Origin: Comamonadaceae bacterium
GTDB taxonomy: Bacteria; Pseudomonadota; Gammaproteobacteria; Burkholderiales; Burkholderiaceae_C
Length of the DNA stretch: 26,012 bases
Assembly: GCA_013298415.1 (NCBI GenBank)
Contig: JAAFHN010000002.1
Coordinates: 1-26,012, forward strand
Direction of reading: 5' to 3'
Notes under the pieces: model-generated
What the model was told of the DNA's origin: nothing
The model's database searches: none
What the model saw: the letters and a program-made list of their open reading frames with translations, nothing else
Translations under genes and position numbers: made by a program
Part shown: positions 1 to 7,600 of the stretch, piece by piece
Numbering within the stretch: the stretch's first letter is position 1
Layout: every line of letters starts with the position of its first letter

Positions 1-211
1 ACTCCGGGTGCAGTTGGAGCTGGCGCGCGGGGACGACGGCGGTGGTCTGGTCGCCGACGTCCAACAAAGCCTGGCGCTGGCGGTGGACAGCGATCAACCG
101 AACCGCATCGCAGTGGATGCGCTCAACGACGTGGACCGGCGGGTGCTCAAAGAGAGCATGCGCGCCATCGGCCAGCTGTTGCAGCGCTTGCGGCTCGACC
201 ATGCCAGCTGA
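1..211 (+). CDS. C-terminal fragment of a probable CBS-domain / DUF294 putative nucleotidyltransferase (substrate-binding domain); 5' part lies outside the window
   Basis: Open frame from the window edge (LRVQLE...NRIAVDALNDVDRRVLKESMRAIGQLLQRLRLDH) resembles the C-terminus of DUF294 proteins as I recall them. The stop at 209-211 overlaps the exonuclease ATG, a typical pairing for this family. Confidence 0.7.
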   Translation, partial: LRVQLELARGDDGGGLVADVQQSLALAVDSDQPNRIAVDALNDVDRRVLKESMRAIGQLLQRLRLDHAS

Positions 212-875
212 GCCGCAGCGGCTTTCCAAAGCTTGGCAGGGCCTGCGGGCCGCATTCGGCGGCGGCGCGCGCGGTGAGGCTACGCGCTGGGTGGTGCTGG
301 ATGTGGAGACCACCGGGCTCGACTCAAAGCGCGCGAGCCTGCTCGCCGTGGCTGCCGTCGGCATTCAAGTGGACTGGGCAAGCGGCAGCTGCTGCCTGGT
401 GCCGGGCGACAGCTTTGAGCGATTTGTGAAGCCGCAGCAGCAGCAAAGCGACGAAGAAAACGTGTTGATCCACGGCATTGGGCTAGGCGAGCAAGCGCTG
501 GCTGAAGACCTGCGCGCCGTGATGCCTGCCTTCCGGGAATACGTGGCTGTCTCGCCCTTGCTGGCCTTTCATGCGAGTTTTGATCGGCAAATGCTGGATC
601 GTGCGTGCAAAGTGGTCGCCATCCCCAAGCTGCCCGGGCCTTGGCTGGATTTGGCTGAGCTTTGCCGCGTGCTTTGGCCAGGGCCGAATCTCCATGCCTT
701 GGACGATTGGCTGGAGCATTTTGGCGTCTCTTGCCCGCAGCGGCATCTGGCAGCGAGCGATGCCTGGGCGGAAGCTGAGCTTTTGCAACTGGCCTGGCCG
801 CTTTTGGTGCGGCAGTGCAGCGGTTTTGATGAGGTATTGAAGTTGTCGCGTCAAGCTAGATGGCTAGCTGCGTGA
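201..875 (+). CDS. DEDDh 3'-5' exonuclease (DNA Pol III epsilon-like family)
   Basis: ExoI VVLDVETTGL, ExoII AFHASFD and ExoIII HLAASDA motifs are intact. Start placed at ATG 201, in frame with ORF 42..875 and overlapping the upstream stop. Confidence 0.88.
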   Translation: MPAEPQRLSKAWQGLRAAFGGGARGEATRWVVLDVETTGLDSKRASLLAVAAVGIQVDWASGSCCLVPGDSFERFVKPQQQQSDEENVLIHGIGLGEQALAEDLRAVMPAFREYVAVSPLLAFHASFDRQMLDRACKVVAIPKLPGPWLDLAELCRVLWPGPNLHALDDWLEHFGVSCPQRHLAASDAWAEAELLQLAWPLLVRQCSGFDEVLKLSRQARWLAA

Positions 876-1413
876 TGCTGCCAAAGTCAATGGGCGCGGC
901 GGGCCAATCGCTCGCCGTTTGAATGGGTTTGCCCGAGGCGAGCGCGGTGGCCGCGCGGATCACGCCGGCGTGTGTCAGCCAAGCCACCGGGCGAAACGAG
1001 AGCCGCAGTTTTGCCTCGCTGAGCGCTCCGCCAACGCGTTGGAGCAGATAAGCCACCGACTCAGCGCTCGCGTGGTGGTTGGGCTTGTTGCATCGGAAGT
1101 TGCCTAGCCATAGGTCCATCGCTTCGCGCCCCACGTCAGCCCACGCCAGCATTTCCCAGTGGCCAAAGTGCATTTCAAGCAGCCTGGGGTCGCTTTTTGC
1201 AACAATATCCGGCCTTTGTCCAATTATTTCCTTGATGTGACGCTCACATCTTTGTAGCGGTGAGTGCCAGAGTTCACATTTCACTGGCAGAGCCTGCACC
1301 CAATCCGATACGCAGGTTTTCGCATGCTCGGGCTCGCAGGCCAGGTCTGACTGGCCGTAACAGATCCCCGCTGGCGCGATCACCCTGGGATGCCGAATCA
1401 GCAGCAGGCTCAC
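856..1413 (-). CDS. cobC: Histidine phosphatase family protein, probable alpha-ribazole phosphatase
   Basis: N-terminal LLLIRHP (RH[G/P]) motif, GICYGQSD, EMHFGHWE and C-terminal THAGVIR. GTG at 1413 overlaps the cobS TGA (GTGA). Lies next to cobS/cobT. Confidence 0.82.
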   Translation of the reverse strand: MSLLLIRHPRVIAPAGICYGQSDLACEPEHAKTCVSDWVQALPVKCELWHSPLQRCERHIKEIIGQRPDIVAKSDPRLLEMHFGHWEMLAWADVGREAMDLWLGNFRCNKPNHHASAESVAYLLQRVGGALSEAKLRLSFRPVAWLTHAGVIRAATALASGKPIQTASDWPAAPIDFGSITQLAI

Positions 1414-2225
1414 GCAAGCAGCGCGGCTGCGCAGAGGTAAATGCCGAGCTCCGAGACTTGCTGCACGGTGCCCAGGCAATCCCCGGTAAAGCCGCCGACG
1501 CGTCGGCGAAACCAGCGCCCGAGCGCCAAAACCACGAGCGCGCTCCACAACACAAAAACTATCAAATGTGTAGCATCAAAGTAAATGAATACCGGGACAC
1601 AGCACAAAAAACACGTTAAAAATGCCAGCGAAAGGGCTTTGGGATCGATGCGGTCGGCCAGTGGCTTGCTCTTGCTCGCGCCGCCGCCTTCCACATGCGG
1701 GAGCCAGGCGATCATGCACAGTGCTGCGCAACGCGAGATCACGTGGGCGCTCACTAGCAGCGCTAGGAGTGCCCATTCGGCATCGGGCTCTTCCAGCGGG
1801 GAAATCTCGGCTACTGCGACGACCTTCAGCAAGGTCACGCAAATCAAAGCCACCGTGCCGAAGGTGCCGATGCGTGAGTCTTTCATGATCTCGAGCGCTT
1901 TTTCGCGCTGCAGGCTGCCACCCAATCCATCGGCCACATCGGCCAAGCCATCTTCGTGAAACGCGCCGGTGAGCAGCAGCGTGGCGGCCAAGCTGAGGCC
2001 GCTGGCGAGCAGCGGGCCATGCCCGGCAGGGCCAAAGAGGGCGAGTGCGGCGAGCATCACGCCTGCTGCCACGGCACCCACAGCCGCGCCCACCAGCGGG
2101 AAGTAGGCGGCGCTCTCCCGCAGCATCATCGGCGTAAAACCCACCCAGGCTGCAAGCCGGCCAGTGATCGGCACGCGGGTGAAAAACTGCACCGCGAGCA
2201 AGAAAAGCCGAATCTGATAGCTCAC
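1410..2225 (-). CDS. cobS: Adenosylcobinamide-GDP ribazoletransferase (cobalamin synthase)
   Basis: QFFTRVP, FPLVG, GAFHEDGLADVADG, IMKDSRIGTFG and GGFTGDCLG motifs; multi-TM. GTG at 2225 overlaps the cobT TGA. Confidence 0.93.
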   Translation of the reverse strand: MSYQIRLFLLAVQFFTRVPITGRLAAWVGFTPMMLRESAAYFPLVGAAVGAVAAGVMLAALALFGPAGHGPLLASGLSLAATLLLTGAFHEDGLADVADGLGGSLQREKALEIMKDSRIGTFGTVALICVTLLKVVAVAEISPLEEPDAEWALLALLVSAHVISRCAALCMIAWLPHVEGGGASKSKPLADRIDPKALSLAFLTCFLCCVPVFIYFDATHLIVFVLWSALVVLALGRWFRRRVGGFTGDCLGTVQQVSELGIYLCAAALLA

Positions 2226-3289
2226 GGCGCAGGGCTGGCAGCGCTCACGCCCGCGGACTCGAAGCTCGCCATGCGGGCCAGAAAGTCGCAAGCGGCTTGG
2301 AGTAATGGGTAGGCCAGCAGCGCGCCGGAGCCTTCGCCCAGACGCAGGTTGAGCGCCAGCAGCGGCTGAGCACTCAGCTCCTGAAGCAAGCGTTTGGAGC
2401 CGCGTTCGGCACTTTCGTGGGCAAAGACGGAATAGTCACTCGCCTCGGGGCGCATTCGGCAAGCCACGAGTGCCGCGCTGCACGCAATGAAGCCATCGAT
2501 CAGCACCACTTTGCGCGCAGCAGCGGCGCCCAGCATCGCGCCAGCCATCATGGCGATTTCCAGGCCACCTACGGCGCACAGCGCTTCGAAAGCATCGGCG
2601 CTCTCAAGCGTACTTTTGTGTTTTGCCAGCACTTGCTTCAATACGCCAGTTTTGTGGGCCAACTGGGCGTCGTTCAAACCCGTGCCTCGCCCCACCGCAT
2701 CTTCCACTGCCACGCCGCACAGGGCGCACAGCAAGAGCGCGGCCGATGCGGTGTTGCCGATGCCCATTTCGCCCAAAGCCAACACATTGCCGGGCAGAGT
2801 GCGGCCAAGCGCTTCGCCGCGTTGGAGGGCGGTCGTTGCTTCTGCCGCGCTCATCGCGGCGTTGAGGAGAGCGTTTCGCGTACCCGGCGCGATTGGCTCA
2901 TTGATCCACGACACCGCAGTGCGTGGCTTTGCGTCCATCGGTGCAGCGACCCCCGCGTTTGCGAGCGTCATCGCAAATCCCATGCGCTCGGCGAACACGT
3001 TCACCGCTGCGCCGCCAGCCAGCATGTTCGCCACCATTTGCGCGGTGACTTCGCTCGGGTAGGCCGACACACCAGCGGCCGTCAAGCCGTGATCCGCCGC
3101 GCAGACCAAGATTTGCGGCTTGCTCAGCTCGGGCGAATTCGTGCCTTGGATCAAGCCGATTTGCAGAGCCAATGCCTCTAGGCGGCCGAGAGCGCCCAAA
3201 GGTTTGGTTTTCTGATCGATCCGGCGCAAGAGCGCGGCCCTAAGCGCAGGGTTGTCGGTGCCTTCGATGTGGGGAGCTTCGTACTTCAA
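2222..3289 (-). CDS. cobT: Nicotinate-nucleotide:dimethylbenzimidazole phosphoribosyltransferase
   Basis: TKPLGALGRLE, AADHG, GEMGIGNT, GRGTG, GGLEIA and LRLGEGSGA (catalytic Glu) motifs. TTG start is somewhat uncertain. Confidence 0.95.
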   Translation of the reverse strand: MKYEAPHIEGTDNPALRAALLRRIDQKTKPLGALGRLEALALQIGLIQGTNSPELSKPQILVCAADHGLTAAGVSAYPSEVTAQMVANMLAGGAAVNVFAERMGFAMTLANAGVAAPMDAKPRTAVSWINEPIAPGTRNALLNAAMSAAEATTALQRGEALGRTLPGNVLALGEMGIGNTASAALLLCALCGVAVEDAVGRGTGLNDAQLAHKTGVLKQVLAKHKSTLESADAFEALCAVGGLEIAMMAGAMLGAAAARKVVLIDGFIACSAALVACRMRPEASDYSVFAHESAERGSKRLLQELSAQPLLALNLRLGEGSGALLAYPLLQAACDFLARMASFESAGVSAASPAP

Positions 3290-3298
3290 TACCGTCTT

Positions 3299-4909
3299 TC
3301 AGCGTAAAAACATGCGGTAGGCTGGATTGTCGGTTTCGTCCACATGCGGATAGCCCACCTGCGCCAAAAAGGCCTTGAAAGCGGCACGGTCGGTGCCCGG
3401 CACCTGCACGCCCACCAGGATGCGACCGTAGTCTGCCCCTTGGTTTCGGTAGTGAAAGAGGCTGATGTTCCAGCCGGGCTGCATGGCGTTCAGAAAACGC
3501 AGCAAAGCGCCAGGCCGCTCGGGAAACTCAAAGCGCAGCATGCGTTCGTCTTGCGCGAGCGGGCTTCTGCCGCCAACCAAATGGCGGATGTGGCTTTTCG
3601 CCAGCTCATCGTGGGTGAGATCCACGGCCTCAAACCCAGCTTTCGCGAAGCCTTTGGTCATGCGTGCGCTGTCTTGGGCACCGTTGGCGCTCAACCCCAC
3701 AAATACATGGGCTTGCGCGCTGTCGCTGATGCGGTAGTTGAACTCGGTCACGCTGTGCGGGCCACCGGGCAGATCGGCGATGGCTTGGCAAAAGCGCTTG
3801 AAGCTGCCCCGCTGCTCAGGGATCGTCACGCCAAAAAGCGCTTCGCGTTGCTCGCCCACTTGCGCGCGCTCGGCCACGAAGCGCAGGCGGTCGAAGTTCA
3901 TGTTCGCGCCGCACAAAATTGCGGCGTAAGTTTCGCCCTTGGTTTTGTGCTGTGCGGCGTATTGCTTGATGGCGGCCACCGCCATCGCCCCTGCAGGCTC
4001 CAGCACCGTGCGGGTTTCGTTGAACACGTCTTTTACCGCGGCACACACTTCGTCGGTGGAGACGCGCACGTAGTCGTCTACCAACGCCTTGGCAATCTTG
4101 AAGGTTTCGCTGCCCACTTGCTTGACCGCCGTGCCATCGGAAAACAAGCCCACGCTGTCCAGATTCACGCGACTGCCCTTGGCCACGGACTGCCACATGG
4201 CGTCTGAATCCGTCATCTGCACGCCGATCACCCGCACTTCGGGGCGCACGAGTTTGATGTACGCGGCAACGCCGCTGATGAGCCCGCCACCGCCGATGGC
4301 CACGAATACGGCATCCAGCCGATCAGGCTCGGCACCGGGTTTGCCTCGGTGGCCTTGGTTCAGCGCTTGCACTTGCTGCAAGAGCTCCATCGCAATCGTG
4401 CCTTGGCCTGCAATCACGTCTGGATCGTCAAACGGGTGCACAAAGGTGAGGCCTTTGGCCTTGCCGAGCTCTACTGCATGCGCGTAAGCATCGCTGTAGC
4501 TGTCGCCGTGCAAAACCACTTCTGCGCGTAAGTGCTTCACTGCGTCGATCTTCACTCCAGGGGTGGTGATGGGCATGACGACGACTGCATGGGTGTTCAA
4601 ACGCTGTGCGCCCAGCGCTACACCTTGGGCGTGGTTGCCTGCGCTTGCGCAGATCACACCTCGTGCCAGTTGCTCAGCACTCAGGTGCGCCATCTTGTTG
4701 TAGGCACCGCGCAGCTTGAAGCTGAAGACTGGCTGCATGTCTTCGCGCTTGAAGAGCACGGTATTGCCCAGCCTGCGCGAGAGTTGCGGCGCGTGCTGCA
4801 AGGGCGTGACTTGTGCCACGTCGTAGACCTTTGCGGTGAGGATGCGTTGCAGGTAGTGGGCAAAAGCTTTGGCGGGCATGGGCCGGGGCGCATCGAGCGC
4901 GGCGTTCAA
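3299..4909 (-). CDS. ilvA: Biosynthetic threonine ammonia-lyase (threonine deaminase) with C-terminal regulatory domains
   Basis: KREDMQPVFSFKLRGAYN (PLP Lys), SAGNHAQG, GGGGL, EPAG, FPERPGAL and LFHYRNQG. Start is either TTG 4909 or ATG 4879. Confidence 0.96.
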   Translation of the reverse strand: MNAALDAPRPMPAKAFAHYLQRILTAKVYDVAQVTPLQHAPQLSRRLGNTVLFKREDMQPVFSFKLRGAYNKMAHLSAEQLARGVICASAGNHAQGVALGAQRLNTHAVVVMPITTPGVKIDAVKHLRAEVVLHGDSYSDAYAHAVELGKAKGLTFVHPFDDPDVIAGQGTIAMELLQQVQALNQGHRGKPGAEPDRLDAVFVAIGGGGLISGVAAYIKLVRPEVRVIGVQMTDSDAMWQSVAKGSRVNLDSVGLFSDGTAVKQVGSETFKIAKALVDDYVRVSTDEVCAAVKDVFNETRTVLEPAGAMAVAAIKQYAAQHKTKGETYAAILCGANMNFDRLRFVAERAQVGEQREALFGVTIPEQRGSFKRFCQAIADLPGGPHSVTEFNYRISDSAQAHVFVGLSANGAQDSARMTKGFAKAGFEAVDLTHDELAKSHIRHLVGGRSPLAQDERMLRFEFPERPGALLRFLNAMQPGWNISLFHYRNQGADYGRILVGVQVPGTDRAAFKAFLAQVGYPHVDETDNPAYRMFLR

Positions 4910-4956
4910 AAGCGCACGATGATAATTTGCGCCATCAGATCAATCGAAAGCGCAGC

Positions 4957-5406
4957 ATGGAATGCAAAGTGAGCTGGACGGGCAATCAAGGCGGCTCGCC
5001 GATGGGGTTTTCGGCAATCACGGGCAGCGGGCACGCGCTCAAGATGGACGGCGCGCCGGATGCGAACAACCCCGCGATGGGGGGCCAAAACGCTGCTGCC
5101 AGGCCGATGGAGATGGTGCTGGCAGGCACCGGTGGCTGCGCGGCCTACGACGTGGTGCTGATTTTGAAGCGCGGCCGCCACGATGTGCGTGGATGTGAAG
5201 TCCAGCTCACCGCGGACCGAGCGGCGAGCGACCCCAAAGTGTTCACTCGAATAGAGATGAAGTTTGTGGTGAGCGGCAAAGGCGTGCCGCTGGCGGCTGC
5301 CGAGCGTGCGGTGGCCTTGAGCCACGAGAAGTATTGTTCGGCGAGTGCGATGCTGTCAAAAACAGCGGAGATCACGGCGCGGGTTGAGGTGATCGAGGTC
5401 GTTTGA
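4957..5406 (+). CDS. OsmC/Ohr family protein (YhfA-like)
   Basis: RPMEMVLAGTGGCAAYDV and EKYCSAS with both conserved Cys residues. ATG 4957 chosen within ORF 4927..5406. Confidence 0.9.
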   Translation: MECKVSWTGNQGGSPMGFSAITGSGHALKMDGAPDANNPAMGGQNAAARPMEMVLAGTGGCAAYDVVLILKRGRHDVRGCEVQLTADRAASDPKVFTRIEMKFVVSGKGVPLAAAERAVALSHEKYCSASAMLSKTAEITARVEVIEVV

Positions 5407-5411
5407 CTTTC

Positions 5412-5429
5412 GCGGAGGACGTCCTCCGC
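5412..5429. terminator. Perfect 18-bp palindrome between convergent genes, probable bidirectional terminator stem
   Basis: GCGGAGGACGTCCTCCGC equals its own reverse complement and lies in the 39-bp gap between two stop codons. No clear U-tract. Confidence 0.5.
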
Positions 5430-5445
5430 TCGGATCCAATCACGA

Positions 5446-6075
5446 TCAGATCCGATAGGCCACGGTTGTCATCACTTTTGCAAAGCCTCGCATCGCCTTG
5501 GCCGCCAAGGGTGGCAGCGGGGCAGCGCCCAGGCTTTGCGCTTGCGCGCCGTGTTGCTCCTCATCTGACTTCATTTGCGCAACGATCGCCGCCGAGCGTG
5601 CATCAGCCTCGGGAAGCGCGTCCAAGTGCCCGTTCAGATGCTGAGCCACTTGTCGCTCCGTTTCTGCCACAAAGCCCAGGCTGATCCCATCACCAACCCG
5701 TGCAGCCAGTGCACCCATGGCGAACGAGCCTGCATACCAAAGCGGGTTCAGAAGCGAGGGGCGAGCCTTCAGTTCATTTAGTCGTGTCTGCGTCCAAGAC
5801 AAATGGTCTTGTTCCTCGCGAGCAGAGTTTTTGAGTTCAGTCGCCACTGCGCTCGACCGCGCAAAAGCAGCCTGGGCGCTGTAAAGCGCTTGCGCGCAAA
5901 CCTCGCCCACATGGTTGACGCGCATCAGGCCGGCCGAGTGGCCGCGCTCTGGCTCGGTCAGATCCGAAGTGAGTTGCGCCGCCGGGTTGGGGCGGCTTGC
6001 CTTGGCTTGCGCGCCGAGGCAGCGCAGGGCGTCGTCGGCACAGGTGAGCAAGCGATCAGGTGCGGAGCTGGGCAT
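5446..6075 (-). CDS. coq7: Di-iron demethoxyubiquinone hydroxylase
   Basis: [41 protein letters not shown] and DEEQHG carboxylate/His motifs. ATG 6075 gives 209 aa; the longer ORF's 5' extension is non-homologous. Confidence 0.93.
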   Translation of the reverse strand: MPSSAPDRLLTCADDALRCLGAQAKASRPNPAAQLTSDLTEPERGHSAGLMRVNHVGEVCAQALYSAQAAFARSSAVATELKNSAREEQDHLSWTQTRLNELKARPSLLNPLWYAGSFAMGALAARVGDGISLGFVAETERQVAQHLNGHLDALPEADARSAAIVAQMKSDEEQHGAQAQSLGAAPLPPLAAKAMRGFAKVMTTVAYRI

Positions 6076-6140
6076 CGGGGAGGCGGCGGAAGCACTTTTG
6101 AGGCCGAGTGGCCTGTGGCGCGCTGCTGGCCATTGTCGCC

Positions 6141-6197
6141 TCACAGTCGGCAGCCCTACACGCACCAACATGGTGCATGTAGGGCTGCCGACTGTGA
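6141..6197. repeat. 57-bp near-perfect inverted repeat (REP-like doublet)
   Basis: 6141-6160 TCACAGTCGGCAGCCCTACA is the exact reverse complement of 6178-6197. Inner GCACCA/TGGTGC also pair around a 3-nt loop. Confidence 0.85.
6161..6177. promoter_or_regulatory. Candidate NtrC-type binding site
   Basis: CGCACCAACATGGTGCA matches TGCACCA-N3-TGGTGCA at 13 of 14 informative positions. Confidence 0.45.
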
Positions 6198-6283
6198 CTT
6201 GCAGCACAAATGTATCAATGTTGTGCCCCGGCAACGATTCGCCGGGTTTCCATGTGGAAAGAGGGGCTAGTCTTTGCGGAAGG

Positions 6284-6300
6284 CGCATAAACCTGGTGCA
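6284..6300. promoter_or_regulatory. Second, weaker NtrC-like site
   Basis: CGCATAAACCTGGTGCA has a perfect TGGTGCA half-site and a degenerate left half. Confidence 0.3.
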
Positions 6301-6401
6301 ATACGTGCAACTTCCTGATTGGAGGTTGGCCCGGGGCCACGGCGTGAGCGTATTTCGCCCCCACCACCGGTGCCCCTTGTTTAACCTTGGAGATTCTTGA
6401 G

Positions 6402-7427
6402 ATGAAAAAATCACTCGTTGCTTTGGCTGTTCTCGCTTCCACCAGCGCAGCCTTCGCACAATCGTCGGTCACCCTGTTCGGCATCGTTGACGCCGCTTAT
6501 GCCCGCGTGAGCGCCAATGGCGCGACCCGCACCGGCATGACCAACTCTGGCCTGAACAGCAGCCGCTTTGGCATGCGTGGCACGGAAGACCTCGGCGGCG
6601 GTATGCGCGCTGGCTTCTGGCTTGAAGGCGCGTTGAGCAATGATGACGGCAATGCCGCTGGTCTGAACTTTCAACGCCGTTCGACCGTGTCCCTGATGGG
6701 CCCATTCGGCGAAGTGCGCCTTGGCCGCGACTACACCCCATCGTTTTGGAACACTACCGTGTTCGATCCGTTCGGCACCAACGGCGTTGGTGCATCCATG
6801 GCTCCAGGCGTCGCTGCGTTCGGTACCAACAGCACCGCCGTTCGTTCGAACAACAGCGTCGGTTACTTCCTGCCTGGAAATCTCGGCGGCGTGTACGGCC
6901 AAGGCATGATTGCTTTCGGCGAGCAAGTTTCCAATGCTGCAAACAGCAAGCAAGGCAATTACACAGGTTTCCGCGTTGGCTACCAACAAGGTCCTGTGAA
7001 CGTGGCTTTGGCCAGCGCAAGCGTCAAGGGCAATGTTTCCGCGACCGATGTAAGAACTTTCAACGTGGGTGCATCGTACAACCTTGGCGTTGCAAACTTG
7101 ATGTTCAACGCGGGCAACGAGAAGACCGACACCGCCCAACTCAGCTACTCGCTGTTTGGCGCTACGGCTCCTTTGGGCCAGGGCCAACTGCGCGCCGCGT
7201 TCAGCCGCTATGACCTGAAAAACAGCAACAACGATTGGAACAAGTTTGCGATCGGCTACGGCTACGATCTGAGCAAGCGTACCCAGGTGTACGGCACCTA
7301 CGCCAAGGTGTCCAACAAGGGCAATTCAACGCGTACTGTCGCCAACAATGGCTTGGCTGCACCTAGCGCTGCCGCTTTTGGTGGTGGTTCTACCGGCTTC
7401 GAAGTCGGCGTTCGCCACAGCTTCTGA
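6402..7427 (+). CDS. Gram-negative general porin (betaproteobacterial Omp32/Gram-neg porin family)
   Basis: Signal peptide [51 protein letters not shown] and GEVRLGRD motifs, C-terminal GVRHSF beta-signal; GGAGA RBS. Confidence 0.95.
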   Translation: MKKSLVALAVLASTSAAFAQSSVTLFGIVDAAYARVSANGATRTGMTNSGLNSSRFGMRGTEDLGGGMRAGFWLEGALSNDDGNAAGLNFQRRSTVSLMGPFGEVRLGRDYTPSFWNTTVFDPFGTNGVGASMAPGVAAFGTNSTAVRSNNSVGYFLPGNLGGVYGQGMIAFGEQVSNAANSKQGNYTGFRVGYQQGPVNVALASASVKGNVSATDVRTFNVGASYNLGVANLMFNAGNEKTDTAQLSYSLFGATAPLGQGQLRAAFSRYDLKNSNNDWNKFAIGYGYDLSKRTQVYGTYAKVSNKGNSTRTVANNGLAAPSAAAFGGGSTGFEVGVRHSF

Positions 7428-7462
7428 TTTTGCACCGGGCGCAAGCCCGGTTGCAGTTCGGC

Positions 7463-7489
7463 AAAAAGCCACCGCAGGGTGGCTTTTTT
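7463..7489 (+). terminator. Rho-independent terminator after the porin
   Basis: AAAAAGCCACC-GCAG-GGTGGCTTTTTT. A second GCAA-tetraloop hairpin (CCGGGC-GCAA-GCCCGG, 7435-7450) precedes it. Confidence 0.9.
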
Positions 7490-7600
7490 CATGGGTAATT
7501 TTCTTTGGCAAGTGCCTCGTGGTGATGGGGTTATCACTGTCGGGCGCATTTGCAGCCTTCAGGCATCATGCGCACCTCTTTCGATTTCGGGATCACCACA

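Noticed and set aside
435-446. CAG-CAG-CAG-CAA (QQQQ) run in the exonuclease
   Set aside because: Too short for a contingency locus, in frame, and expected by chance.
3290-4956. Search for a cobalamin riboswitch or ilv attenuator for the ilvA-cob operon
   Set aside because: Intergenic gaps are only 9 and ~47 bp, and no B12-box or leader peptide pattern is visible.
6321-6354. Sigma54 -24/-12 promoter close to the porin start
   Set aside because: The only GG-N10-GC spacing here (6324-6337) lacks the TGGCAC and TTGC consensus bases.
6076-6459. 128-aa N-terminal extension of the Coq7 ORF
   Set aside because: Non-homologous, overlaps the porin start and the regulatory palindromes. ATG 6075 gives a normal-length Coq7.
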